Assembly: GCA_964642015.1 (NCBI GenBank) | Contig: CAZXLF010000001.1 | Coordinates: 432,168 to 496,167, forward strand | Source of the DNA: an uncultured Planctomycetia bacterium | GTDB lineage: Bacteria > Omnitrophota > Gorgyraeia > 2-02-FULL-51-18 | Direction of reading: 5' to 3' | Length of the DNA stretch: 64,000 bases | Shown here: positions 37,914-48,726 of the stretch, piece by piece | Numbering within the stretch: position 1 is the first letter of the stretch | How the letters are laid out: every line of letters starts with the position of its first letter | Made by a program: the position numbers and the translations under genes | The notes under the pieces: generated by a model | Told to the model about the DNA's origin: nothing | Seen by the model: only the letters and a program-made list of their open reading frames with translations | The model's database searches: none

Positions 37914-38711
37914 ATGGCCGGAGGATTTCAGCGTAACCGTTTCATTAATTTTTTTCTTGTCGGCTGTTTGGCCGCCGCGGCCTTATCGATCTTTCTTTTG
38001 ACACATGAAAGAAAGCTTAAGGAAGAAGCGGCCGAGGCACGTAAAAAAAGAGAGCCCACTGCGGCGAGCGTCGATCAAAGTTTGCAAAAATTCAGTCTTA
38101 CCGGTTTTGACGACAAGGGAAAGAAATTTTGGAATCTGGAAGGCGATAAGGCCCGCATTGATCCGGGACAGGTCGTATTTTTGGACCAAAATGTAACGCT
38201 CAAACTGCAGGACACGACTGTGATCAAGACGGATCACGTGCAGTGGTCACAGGACGGCGGTGTTTTAAGGACCCCCTCACAGGTTTTTGTGACCCATCAG
38301 AACGCCGATGTGAAAGGCCGTGGCGCTGTGGGCAGATTGAATGATAGCTTTATACAGCTGAACCGCGATATTCAAATGCTGATCAACAAATCAACGCTTT
38401 TGACCTGCACGGGCCCGCTTAAGATCTATTACAAGCAAAATAAGATGATATTTTATCGTAAGGTGAAAGTGGTCGATGACAGAGGAGTTTTGAAAGCCAA
38501 CCGCATGGACGTGATCTTCGATCCTGATCAGAAAAAAGTAACGCAGATCATTGCGATCGGGAATGTCACGATCGAACGAGGCACCGATACTACGCATTCT
38601 CAACGCGCGATCTATTCTTTGGCCACCGGTTCTGTGCGCTTGGAAGGCAATCCGGAGATCACGCTGCATAAAGAAAGCTCTAAACTGCTAGATGCCCCTC
38701 TTAGAAACTAA
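37914..38711 (+). CDS. lptC: LPS-transport periplasmic protein of the LptC/LptA (OstA-like beta-jellyroll) family, N-terminally membrane-anchored
   Basis: Single N-terminal TM helix '[20 protein letters not shown]' followed by about 240 aa of beta-rich sequence. It occupies the canonical lptC-lptA slot between kdsC and lptB. At 265 aa it is longer than a typical LptC, so it may cover both LptC and LptA roles. Confidence 0.6.
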   Translation: MAGGFQRNRFINFFLVGCLAAAALSIFLLTHERKLKEEAAEARKKREPTAASVDQSLQKFSLTGFDDKGKKFWNLEGDKARIDPGQVVFLDQNVTLKLQDTTVIKTDHVQWSQDGGVLRTPSQVFVTHQNADVKGRGAVGRLNDSFIQLNRDIQMLINKSTLLTCTGPLKIYYKQNKMIFYRKVKVVDDRGVLKANRMDVIFDPDQKKVTQIIAIGNVTIERGTDTTHSQRAIYSLATGSVRLEGNPEITLHKESSKLLDAPLRN

Positions 38712-39414
38712 ATTATTAAGGAAGTCTTACAATGGCCGCGCGGTCGTGAATGGCGTCGATATTTTCATCAATCCCGGCGAGATCGTAGGGCTTCTGGGGC
38801 CCAATGGCGCAGGAAAAACGACCACTTTTTATATGGTCACAGGCATTGTCAAAGCTGACAGCGGAAGCATTATGTTTGATCACCGCGATGTAAGCAAATA
38901 TCCGATCCATAAAAGGGCCCAGTTGGGAATAGGATACCTTTCTCAGGAACCGTCTATCTTCAGAAAATTGACCGTCGAGGAAAATATTTTAGCGATCCTT
39001 GAAACACTGGACCTTCCCAGGCGCGAGCGTGCTAAACGGCTCGAGCAACTTTTGAATGAATTAGGCATCGCGCATCTGAGAAAATCAAAAGCGCTTACGC
39101 TTTCAGGCGGAGAGCGCCGTCGCCTGGAGATCACGCGCGCTTTAGTGACTCATCCTTTGTGCATTTTGTTGGATGAGCCGTTTTCGGGGATCGATCCGAT
39201 CGCCGTCTCCGATTGCCAAAACCTTATCCGCGAACTGAAAAACAAAGGTCTTGGGATCCTTTTGACGGATCACAATGTCAGAGAAACTCTGGCAATTACG
39301 GACCGCGCCTATATTATGTCGGAAGGCAAGATATTGATCTCAGGCACGAAAGACGACCTTTTAACGAACAAGGAGGCAAGGCGTATTTACCTAGGCGAAA
39401 AGTTTACGATGTAG
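38692..39414 (+). CDS. lptB: LPS export ABC transporter ATP-binding protein
   Basis: '[40 protein letters not shown]' Walker A. '[15 protein letters not shown]' signature motif. '[12 protein letters not shown]' Walker B. 240 aa. Confidence 0.9.
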   Translation: MPLLETKLLRKSYNGRAVVNGVDIFINPGEIVGLLGPNGAGKTTTFYMVTGIVKADSGSIMFDHRDVSKYPIHKRAQLGIGYLSQEPSIFRKLTVEENILAILETLDLPRRERAKRLEQLLNELGIAHLRKSKALTLSGGERRRLEITRALVTHPLCILLDEPFSGIDPIAVSDCQNLIRELKNKGLGILLTDHNVRETLAITDRAYIMSEGKILISGTKDDLLTNKEARRIYLGEKFTM

Positions 39415-39443
39415 CTGAAATGTGGTAACATGACACGTTTATT

Positions 39444-39491
39444 GTAGGGGCGCTTGGCCGATCCGGCCTGTCGGAAGGCAGGCGCCCCTGC
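39444..39491 (+). other. GC-rich nested hairpin in the lptB-hpf spacer (outer stem AGGGGCGCTT/AGGCGCCCCT, inner GGCCG-ATC-CGGCC)
   Basis: Read directly: an 8-10 bp outer stem with a perfect 5-bp inner stem-loop. Local GC is far above the flanking AT-rich spacer. There is no downstream U-tract. Confidence 0.4.
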
Positions 39492-39521
39492 GTATGATTA
39501 ATTGAACGTATTTTTCAGGAG

Positions 39522-39863
39522 ATGGGGATGGAAATAGATATCAGCGGGCGTCATTTTCATGTAACAGAGGCGTTAAAAGATTATATTACGGCGAAGATCG
39601 GCAAACTTGATAAGTATTCGCTAAAGATCGAGACTGTCCATGTCGTGCTTGAGGTCCAAAAATTTCATCATATTGCTGAAATCACTATTGCCGGAAAGAA
39701 TCTAAGATTAACGGCCAAAGAGGAAAGTTCGGACATGTATGCTGCCTTTGACAATAGTCTGGGCAATATCCAGCTTCAGTTGGGCCGTCAGCACGACCGC
39801 GTGAAAGATCATAAAGGAAGACGCTACAAAAAAGTCGCCCGGGTCTCTGAAAGCGAAGAATAA
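39522..39863 (+). CDS. hpf: ribosome hibernation-promoting factor (short HPF/RaiA form)
   Basis: 'MEIDISGRHFHVTEALKDYITAKIGKLDKY' N-terminus. 113 aa. RBS AGGAG upstream. Confidence 0.9.
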   Translation: MGMEIDISGRHFHVTEALKDYITAKIGKLDKYSLKIETVHVVLEVQKFHHIAEITIAGKNLRLTAKEESSDMYAAFDNSLGNIQLQLGRQHDRVKDHKGRRYKKVARVSESEE

Positions 39864-39878
39864 AAGGTTTGATCGGAA

Positions 39879-41153
39879 ATGAAAGCTACTTTGAAAAAAA
39901 TAAAGGAATGCCGCGTTAAACTGTTGATCGAAGTGAATGCGGACCAGGTTGAAAACCGTTTTCAGGATGTTTTCAGGGATTTTCAGAAAGCGGCGACGCT
40001 TCCGGGTTTTCGTACCGGAAAAGCACCGCTTGAGTTGATCGAGAAAAAATTTTCTAAAGAAGCTCATGAAGAAGTCCTGAAGTCCTTGGTTCCGGAAGCG
40101 TATCATCAGTCCGTGATATCTCAGAAGGTATCACCGGTATCACTTCCTTCCATATCGGATATTCAGATGGAGCGCGGGAAGAAACTGACGTTCTCTGCCG
40201 AGTTCGACAGGTTCCCTGAATTCTCTCTGAAAAATTATAAAGGCATCAAGATCGTCAAGCCCTCGATGGAAGTTTCTGACGAAGACACAGAGAAAGGAAT
40301 GGCTTCTTTGATGGATTCGCGCGCTGAACTGACAGAACTTATTTCTCTGAGAGCGGTGGCAAAGGGTGATTATGTGATCGCCGATGTGGAAATTTGGAAA
40401 GACGGCAGTTTTATCCCGGGGCAGAAGGGGATTTTGCTTTTTGTTGAAGCGCACGAATCGGATGATTTTTACGATAAGATCGTGGGTGCGCAAGTCGGAG
40501 AAGCTCGGGAGATCTCTGTGGACCTTGATGAAGAAGAAAAAAAGCGCGGCTTGATCGGCAGAAAGCCCGCTTATAAGATCTGGGTACGCGGAATAAAAGA
40601 AAAAAAGCTCCCTGTTTTGGATGAAGATTTCGCTAAAAGTTTTGGCAAGGCCTCCGTGGATGAGTTAAAGGAAGCTGTACGCAAAGATATCGCCAGTTAC
40701 AAAAAATCGGAAGCTTTTGAGAAGATGAAGCATGAGCTTTTTGAGAGACTTTTAGCCATGGCCGATTTTGTGGTGCCCGAAGCGCTTGTCGAGAAACAGA
40801 AGGAAAAATTGATGGAGCAGGCCAAGCTTCAATACGAGCGCAGAGGGATGGTTAACGGTCAACTCGCAGACCAACTTAAGAAAACCGAAAGCGAGGCGGT
40901 TTCGAAAGCGGCTGAACAGGTCAAACTTTATTTTATTCTGCAAAAGGTAGCGGAGCTTGAGCAGATCGAACCTGATGAAATAGAGCTTGAGCGCAGGCTT
41001 CAGGTGCTGGCGGATGAGTCCAAACGCCCGCTTGACGAGGCCAGGCAAGTCTTTGGAGAGGATCTGCGTGAAAGCATGCGCGAGCGGCAGACAATCGACT
41101 TTTTACTGGCGAACGCGAATTTGAAAGAAGAGGAATTGAAAGCAACGGCATGA
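39879..41153 (+). CDS. tig: trigger factor (ribosome-associated PPIase chaperone)
   Basis: The N-terminal ribosome-binding domain contains the 'GFRTGKAP' signature motif. 424 aa. Canonical tig-clpP adjacency. Confidence 0.9.
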   Translation: MKATLKKIKECRVKLLIEVNADQVENRFQDVFRDFQKAATLPGFRTGKAPLELIEKKFSKEAHEEVLKSLVPEAYHQSVISQKVSPVSLPSISDIQMERGKKLTFSAEFDRFPEFSLKNYKGIKIVKPSMEVSDEDTEKGMASLMDSRAELTELISLRAVAKGDYVIADVEIWKDGSFIPGQKGILLFVEAHESDDFYDKIVGAQVGEAREISVDLDEEEKKRGLIGRKPAYKIWVRGIKEKKLPVLDEDFAKSFGKASVDELKEAVRKDIASYKKSEAFEKMKHELFERLLAMADFVVPEALVEKQKEKLMEQAKLQYERRGMVNGQLADQLKKTESEAVSKAAEQVKLYFILQKVAELEQIEPDEIELERRLQVLADESKRPLDEARQVFGEDLRESMRERQTIDFLLANANLKEEELKATA

Positions 41154-41194
41154 TCATTCACATCACCTTAAATAGTTAAAGCAAAGGACACACG

Positions 41195-41794
41195 ATGAGC
41201 ATACTTATCCCGATGGTTATTGAGCAGACCGGCAGATCCGAGCGCGCCTATGATATTTACTCCAGACTTCTCAAAGACCGTGTGATATTCATCGGAACTC
41301 CGATCGATGACAATGTGGCCAACCTCGTGGTGGCCCAGCTTTTATTCCTTCAGATGGAAGACCAGGATAAGGATATCAGCATCTACATTAATTCACCCGG
41401 TGGGTCTATTACAAGCGGCTTGGCTATTTACGATACGATCCAATTTTTGAAACCGGACGTTTGCACTTATTGCGTAGGACAGGCAGCAAGCATGGGCGCG
41501 GTGCTTTTGGCAGCCGGCACGAAGGGTAAGCGTTATTCATTGCCAAATGCGCGCGTGATGATCCATCAGCCTTGGGGCGGCGTGCAGGGCGTCGCGGCGG
41601 ATATCAATATCCAAGCCCGCGAGATACAGAATTTGAAAGATAAACTGAACGGGATCCTTTCGCGTCACACGGGCCAACCCGTTGAAAAGATAGAGAAGGA
41701 CACGGATCGCGATTATTTCATGGCGGCGAATGAAGCCAAGGATTATGGGTTGGTCGATGAAGTGGTCGTTAATATCCGTTCATTGAAAAAGTAA
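41195..41794 (+). CDS. clpP: ATP-dependent Clp protease proteolytic subunit
   Basis: '[24 protein letters not shown]', '[22 protein letters not shown]', and Ser-His-Asp triad context '[11 protein letters not shown]'. 199 aa. Confidence 0.95.
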   Translation: MSILIPMVIEQTGRSERAYDIYSRLLKDRVIFIGTPIDDNVANLVVAQLLFLQMEDQDKDISIYINSPGGSITSGLAIYDTIQFLKPDVCTYCVGQAASMGAVLLAAGTKGKRYSLPNARVMIHQPWGGVQGVAADINIQAREIQNLKDKLNGILSRHTGQPVEKIEKDTDRDYFMAANEAKDYGLVDEVVVNIRSLKK

Positions 41795-41805
41795 AGGGCC
41801 GATCT

Positions 41806-42921
41806 GTGAAAGATACTTTGTTATTAACTCCCGGACCCACCGCGGTACCGAAGCGGATTCTGGACAAGACCGCTGTTCCGATGATCCATCACCGGACGAA
41901 GGCGTATCAGACGATCCTTGAGCGCGTTAACGCGGATCTGCAGAAGGTTTTTTTTACGAAACACCCGGTACTTACTTTTGCGTCGTCAGGCACCGGCGCC
42001 ATGGAAGGTTCGATCGTCAATTGTTTGTCTAAAGGTGATATAGTTTTATCGTTTTCTGCGGGAAAATGGGGTGAGCGTTATCGTGACATTGCCAGGACCT
42101 ACGGGTTGGATGTTAAAAGTTTTGAGAAACAATATGGTGAGGCGGTAAAACCGGAAGAAGTAGCTGACGCTATCAAAAAACATCCAGGAGTCAAAGCGGT
42201 GTTGATCACGCTTTGCGAGACTTCCACGGCGGTCCTTCATCCGGTCGAAGCGATCGCAAAATTGACGCGAGGCACCGATATTATTTTAATGGTCGACGCG
42301 ATCAGCGGATTGATGTGTGATCCTCTAAAAATGGATGAATGGGGAATCGATCTTGTAGTTTGCGGAAGCCAAAAGGGTTTTATGTTGCCGCCGGGGCTCA
42401 GTTTCGTCGCATTGAATGAAAAAGCGCAAAAAGCGCTCACAACATCCAATTTGCCGAAATATTATTTCAATTTTACCGACACGATCAAAGCGCTTAAAAA
42501 AAATGATACACCGTTTACGCCGGCTGTTAGTTTGGTGAGAGGGCTTGAGGAGTCGCTTTTAATGCTGCTCGAAGAAGGCGTGGAAAATGTATGGAAAAGG
42601 CATGCGGATGTTGCTCGTTTTGTCAGGCAGCAGATATCGGACCTTGGTCTTGAGCTTTTCGCGAAGTCGCCTTCCAATGCATTGACGGCGATCAAGATGC
42701 CTGACGGGATCTCCTCGGGTGATATGATCAAACATATGCGTGATGTTCATCAGGTTGTGATGGCTGACGGGCAAGGAGAGCTTCAGGGGAAAATGGTCCG
42801 CTTCGCTCATATGGGAGCCGCATGCACGATGAATGATGCCAAGCGTGGTTTGGAAGCTTTTGTCGATGCTTTGAAAACCGTGCGTAGCGCAAGTCAATCT
42901 GCCCAGAAAGCAAAGGTGTAG
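41806..42921 (+). CDS. class-V aminotransferase (AGXT/phosphoserine aminotransferase type), probable SerC function given serA downstream
   Basis: 'LLLTPGPTAVPKRILD' N-terminus and 'SQKGFMLPPGLS' PLP-lysine region typical of AGXT-family class V enzymes. 371 aa. GTG start. Confidence 0.75.
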   Translation: MKDTLLLTPGPTAVPKRILDKTAVPMIHHRTKAYQTILERVNADLQKVFFTKHPVLTFASSGTGAMEGSIVNCLSKGDIVLSFSAGKWGERYRDIARTYGLDVKSFEKQYGEAVKPEEVADAIKKHPGVKAVLITLCETSTAVLHPVEAIAKLTRGTDIILMVDAISGLMCDPLKMDEWGIDLVVCGSQKGFMLPPGLSFVALNEKAQKALTTSNLPKYYFNFTDTIKALKKNDTPFTPAVSLVRGLEESLLMLLEEGVENVWKRHADVARFVRQQISDLGLELFAKSPSNALTAIKMPDGISSGDMIKHMRDVHQVVMADGQGELQGKMVRFAHMGAACTMNDAKRGLEAFVDALKTVRSASQSAQKAKV

Positions 42922-42925
42922 ATCA

Positions 42926-44536
42926 ATGCCGACAGCGACCATAGCTAAAACCCAATTTAAGATCCTGATCTGCGATGACATTGCGGAAGAGGGTCTAAAT
43001 CTTTTCCATCACGAAAAGAATTTTACAACGGTCGTGAAGACCAAGCTCCCTTTGGATCAGTTAAAAAAAGAGATCGTTGACTGCGATGCTTGTGTCGTGC
43101 GTTCCGGCACGCAGATCACCAAGGAAGTTATTAATGCTTCTCAAAAATTGAAAGTCATAGGCCGCGCCGGTGTAGGGCTTGATAATGTAGATGTGGAAGC
43201 GGCTTCCAAAAAAGGTATCGTTGTGATCAATACTCCCGGAGGCAACACGATCTCGGCTGCGGAACACACATTTTGTCTTTTGATGGCTTTGGCCCGCAAC
43301 ATACCGCAGGCAAATGCTTCGATCAAGAAAGGTGAGTGGGAAAGGAAAAAATTTACGGGCGTTCAGCTTTTAGAAAAAACGCTCGGCGTGGTTGGTCTTG
43401 GAAGGATCGGCAGCGAAGTGGCTAAAAGGGCGCAGAGCTTTGGAATGAAGGTTATCGCCTATGATCCTTTCTTACGGGCAGAAAAAGCTCTGCAGATTGG
43501 CGTGGAGTTGATGTCGATGGATGAGCTCTTAACTCGTTCAGATTTTTTAACGCTTCATATGCCTTTAAGCTCCGACAGCAAATATATGATCGGCGAGAAA
43601 GAGCTGAGCAAGATGAAAAAAAGTGCCCGCATCATCAATTGCGCGCGCGGCGGCTTGATCGATGAGAAAGCGCTGGCCAAAGCGATCGAAAGCGGACACA
43701 TTGCCGGCGCCGCGCTTGATGTATTTGAATCGGAACCTCCTAAGGACAGTGCGCTTCTGGCTTTGCCGTCTGTTGTAGCTACACCGCATTTGGGAGCCTC
43801 AACTGAAGAGGCGCAGATAGCGGTATCGGTGGATGTCGCACAGAGCATTGCGGATTTTCTGCAGGGCCGCGGGATCAAGAACGCGGTCAATGTGCCGGTG
43901 ATGGATCCGGAGGTTTTTGAGCAGCTACGCCCTTACATTCAATTGGCTGAAAAATTAGGTGCGTTGGAGACGCAGTTGATCGACGGCCAGATCCAGCAAG
44001 TGGATATTCATTATAATGGCCAAGTAGCCGAGCTTGATACGACATCTATAACGTTGGCTGTGATCAAGGGGCTACTTACACCTATTCTTGCCGAAAGCGT
44101 CAATTACGTGAACGCGTCGGTATTGGCGAAAGAGCGAGGTATTAAGATCACCGAGTCCAAATCCTCATCCGATTCTCATTACACTAATTTGATTCATGTG
44201 GAAGTAAAGACCGATAAGAAAAAAAGCGCCGCTGCTGGGACTCTTTTTACGCGTGAAGATACGCGTATCGTGATGATCGATGAATTTGATGTCGAGGCAG
44301 TCCCTGAGGGTTATATTCTTTTGATCTCCAATAATGATGTGCCGGGGATCGTCGGTCAGATCGGCACATTTCTCGGGAACAATAAAATAAACATTGCGGG
44401 CATGACTCTGGGGCGTGACAAGCCGGGAGGTCGTGCCACGACACTTCTTAAAGTCGACAGCCCGATCTCCGATCAGGTGATGCAGGGGATACGCAAGGCC
44501 AAAAATATTCTGGATGCGAAACTGATCAAGTTGTAA
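42926..44536 (+). CDS. serA: D-3-phosphoglycerate dehydrogenase (long form with ASB and ACT regulatory domains)
   Basis: 2-hydroxyacid dehydrogenase NAD motif 'LGVVGLGRIGSEVAKRA'. Catalytic 'INCARGGLIDE'. C-terminal ACT domain. 536 aa. Confidence 0.9.
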   Translation: MPTATIAKTQFKILICDDIAEEGLNLFHHEKNFTTVVKTKLPLDQLKKEIVDCDACVVRSGTQITKEVINASQKLKVIGRAGVGLDNVDVEAASKKGIVVINTPGGNTISAAEHTFCLLMALARNIPQANASIKKGEWERKKFTGVQLLEKTLGVVGLGRIGSEVAKRAQSFGMKVIAYDPFLRAEKALQIGVELMSMDELLTRSDFLTLHMPLSSDSKYMIGEKELSKMKKSARIINCARGGLIDEKALAKAIESGHIAGAALDVFESEPPKDSALLALPSVVATPHLGASTEEAQIAVSVDVAQSIADFLQGRGIKNAVNVPVMDPEVFEQLRPYIQLAEKLGALETQLIDGQIQQVDIHYNGQVAELDTTSITLAVIKGLLTPILAESVNYVNASVLAKERGIKITESKSSSDSHYTNLIHVEVKTDKKKSAAAGTLFTREDTRIVMIDEFDVEAVPEGYILLISNNDVPGIVGQIGTFLGNNKINIAGMTLGRDKPGGRATTLLKVDSPISDQVMQGIRKAKNILDAKLIKL

Positions 44537-44553
44537 AGAAGGATGAGTTTTAG

Positions 44554-45936
<1,383 letters not shown>

Positions 45937-45954
45937 TTTTTGAGGCACGATGTT

Positions 45955-46677
45955 ATGAATCGTATTCCCCAGCATGTAGCGATTATTATGGACGGCAATG
46001 GCCGTTGGGCTCAGTCTCGCGGACTGCCTCGTGTTGCCGGACATCGTGCAGGCATGCAATCGGTGCGCGAGATCGTCAAAGCCGCTATCGAATTCGAAGT
46101 GCCTGTCTTGACCTTGTATGCGTTTAGCCAGGAGAATTGGAAAAGACCCAAAGAAGAAGTTTCGATGTTGATGGAGCTCTTGGACTATTTTTTAGATCTG
46201 GAGATCAAAAATCTAGTCAAAGAGGGGGTTCAGGTGAAAACGATCGGAAAGATTGAAGCGCTGCCCGAACAAACATTGGCCAAGGTCAGAGAAGCGATCC
46301 AATCTACGGCCCACAACCGGAAACTGATCCTTAACATCGCGTTGAATTACGGCGCAAGGACTGAGATTCTCGATGCCGTAGCCAAGATCGTCAAGAAAGC
46401 GCAGGCGGATCCCGAATTTTCAAAAAAAACTCAGTCATTGACCGAAGAGGAATTTTCCAGTTTTCTTTATACCTCAGGCCTGCCTGACCCTGATCTTCTG
46501 ATCCGCACAAGCGGAGAGATGAGGCTGAGCAATTTTTTATTGTGGCAGTTGTCCTACGCGGAGATCTATATCACGAAAAAATACTGGCCTGATTTCCGCC
46601 GAGATGATTTCTTGAGCGCGCTCAAGGAATACGAAAAACGTGAACGGCGTTTTGGCGATGTCCACGCTCAAGTCTAA
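45955..46677 (+). CDS. uppS: undecaprenyl-diphosphate synthase (cis-prenyltransferase)
   Basis: 'IPQHVAIIMDGNGRWA' and 'FSQENWKRP'-type motifs. The ATG at 45955 is preferred over the TTG at 45940. Confidence 0.9.
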   Translation: MNRIPQHVAIIMDGNGRWAQSRGLPRVAGHRAGMQSVREIVKAAIEFEVPVLTLYAFSQENWKRPKEEVSMLMELLDYFLDLEIKNLVKEGVQVKTIGKIEALPEQTLAKVREAIQSTAHNRKLILNIALNYGARTEILDAVAKIVKKAQADPEFSKKTQSLTEEEFSSFLYTSGLPDPDLLIRTSGEMRLSNFLLWQLSYAEIYITKKYWPDFRRDDFLSALKEYEKRERRFGDVHAQV

Positions 46678-47569
46678 CCCCAATAGGATACGTCGTGAAA
46701 TGTCTAATGGTGATTTGAACCCTGTTTTGGAAAGAGAAACTGGTGAGATTAAAAGCGCCGGTGTTAAACTGATCAAACGTATTTTCACAAGCGCTATTCT
46801 GATCGGGATCAGTGCTGCGATCCTTTTTTATGCGAAACCGCTTTATTTTTGCCTCGAAGTCATTTTTTTTATCGCGTTAGCTCTCGTTGAGTTTTTCGAC
46901 CTTCTCCGCAATAATCATATCATGGTTTACAGGCTTTTTGGCGTGGCGATGGGTATTGTGATCCCGTTGATCGTCTATATGGAATTGGGGCTGGCGCAGT
47001 CGGGGGAGATCCTTTTTCTTGTGCTGGGCTGTCTTTTTTTGTTCCTGCTGCAATTTTTTCATAAGGATAATTCACAGGCGCTTGTCGGAATTTCGTTGAC
47101 GCTGTTCGGCATTTTGTATATCAGCTGGTTTTTGAGCTTCCTGATCAAGATCAGATTCTTAGAGGGAGGCGTGCTTTGGGTCGCCTATCTTTTGACAGTT
47201 ACCAAGGCAGGTGACATAGGCGCATATCTGGTTGGCACGCTTTGCGGACGTCACAGTTTGATCCCTCACATCAGCCCTAAAAAATCGGTGGAAGGCATGT
47301 TTGGAGGATTGGCCGGAAGCGTTTTAGCTTCATATCTTTTGCGTCATTTTTTACCGCTGCATTTTGCGCCTTTTCATGTTTTGGTCTTAGGGCTTTTGAT
47401 CGGCGCGGTTGGCCAGATCGGCGATCTTTCAGAGTCGCTGATGAAACGTTTTTGTAACGCCAAAGATTCTGGCAGACTTCTGCCTGGCATGGGCGGTTTT
47501 CTGGATGCGGTGGACAGCATTCTTTTTACGGCGCCGATCTTTTATTTTCATCTGAGGATCTATTTATGA
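46640..47569 (+). CDS. cdsA: phosphatidate cytidylyltransferase (CDP-diacylglycerol synthase)
   Basis: Polytopic membrane protein. C-terminal 'SxxKRxxxxKDxGxxxPGHGGxxDR'-like signature ('SLMKRFCNAKDSGRLLPGMGGFLDAVDS'). Start ambiguous: GTG at 46640 or ATG at 46700. Confidence 0.85.
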   Translation: MNGVLAMSTLKSNPNRIRREMSNGDLNPVLERETGEIKSAGVKLIKRIFTSAILIGISAAILFYAKPLYFCLEVIFFIALALVEFFDLLRNNHIMVYRLFGVAMGIVIPLIVYMELGLAQSGEILFLVLGCLFLFLLQFFHKDNSQALVGISLTLFGILYISWFLSFLIKIRFLEGGVLWVAYLLTVTKAGDIGAYLVGTLCGRHSLIPHISPKKSVEGMFGGLAGSVLASYLLRHFLPLHFAPFHVLVLGLLIGAVGQIGDLSESLMKRFCNAKDSGRLLPGMGGFLDAVDSILFTAPIFYFHLRIYL

Positions 47570-48726
47570 AAAAAAGCGTCACGATCCTTGGTTCCACCGG
47601 GTCTGTTGGGTTGAATGCTCTGCGTGTTATCAAGGAGCATCCCCAGCATTTTGAGGTCGCAGGTCTTGCTGCCGGATCCAAGCTTGACATTTTGAAAGAA
47701 CAGATCGAAGAATTTTCGCCGAAAAGTGTTTATCTGAAAGATGTTGCTGCATGCGCAGAATTGGCTAAGGCCTATGGAAAGCAGCTGCGCGTTTTTTCTG
47801 AAAAAGAAGGTCTTAGAGAGTTTTCATCATCGCTGAATAGCGACATACTCTTGGCTGCGACAAGCGGCACCAGCGCTTTATTACCTGTTCTTGATGCGCT
47901 AGAACGCGGAAAGCGTGTTGCACTTGCCAATAAAGAGATCCTTGTGATGGCCGGGGCGCTTGTGGTCAGGAAATTGAAAGAAAATTCCAACGCTTCGCTA
48001 ATACCTGTGGACAGCGAACATAATGCGATATTCCAGTGCCTTGAAGGAAACGATAAAGAAAGTATTGAAAAAATTATTCTGACAGGTTCCGGAGGGCCGC
48101 TTAGGGAATTATCCGAAGAATCTTTTGCAAAACTTACTAAGGAAGTGGTCGTCAATCATCCGCGGTGGAAAATGGGTAAAAAAATATCCGTGGATTCGGC
48201 GACGCTGATGAACAAGGGGCTTGAGATCATCGAGGCGGCGTGGCTTTTTGACGTCCCGATAGACAAGATACAGGTATTGATACATCCGGAGGCGGTCATT
48301 CATTCCATGGTCGAATTTAAGGACGGTTCGATTTTAGCGCAGTTGGGCGTGACGGATATGCGTTTACCGATACAGCACGCGCTTAGCTTTCCAAAGAGGT
48401 TTTCGGCTCCGACGTCGATGAAACTGGATTTTTCTAATATTTCAAGCCTCACATTTTCCGCGCCCAACCGTAAAAAATTTCCTTGCCTTGAGATCGCTTA
48501 CCAGGCCGCCGTGCGCTCAGGAAGCGCGCCGTGTGTGCTCAGCGCGGCCGATGAAGTGGCTGTGGACGCTTATTTGGGAGACCGGATAGGGTTTCAGCAG
48601 ATCCCCAGGATCATAGAAAAAGTCCTATCGAATCATCATCATGTGGCGGATCCGGATCTCTCCGAGATCCAATCGATCCATCGCTGGGCTATTGAGGAGA
48701 CGAGAAAATTATGTCAAGCGGGCTGA
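47566..48726 (+). CDS. dxr: 1-deoxy-D-xylulose-5-phosphate reductoisomerase
   Basis: 'VTILGSTGSVGLNAL' NADPH motif and 'LANKEILVMAG' motif. 386 aa. Canonical uppS-cdsA-dxr-rseP order. Confidence 0.95.
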   Translation: MKKSVTILGSTGSVGLNALRVIKEHPQHFEVAGLAAGSKLDILKEQIEEFSPKSVYLKDVAACAELAKAYGKQLRVFSEKEGLREFSSSLNSDILLAATSGTSALLPVLDALERGKRVALANKEILVMAGALVVRKLKENSNASLIPVDSEHNAIFQCLEGNDKESIEKIILTGSGGPLRELSEESFAKLTKEVVVNHPRWKMGKKISVDSATLMNKGLEIIEAAWLFDVPIDKIQVLIHPEAVIHSMVEFKDGSILAQLGVTDMRLPIQHALSFPKRFSAPTSMKLDFSNISSLTFSAPNRKKFPCLEIAYQAAVRSGSAPCVLSAADEVAVDAYLGDRIGFQQIPRIIEKVLSNHHHVADPDLSEIQSIHRWAIEETRKLCQAG

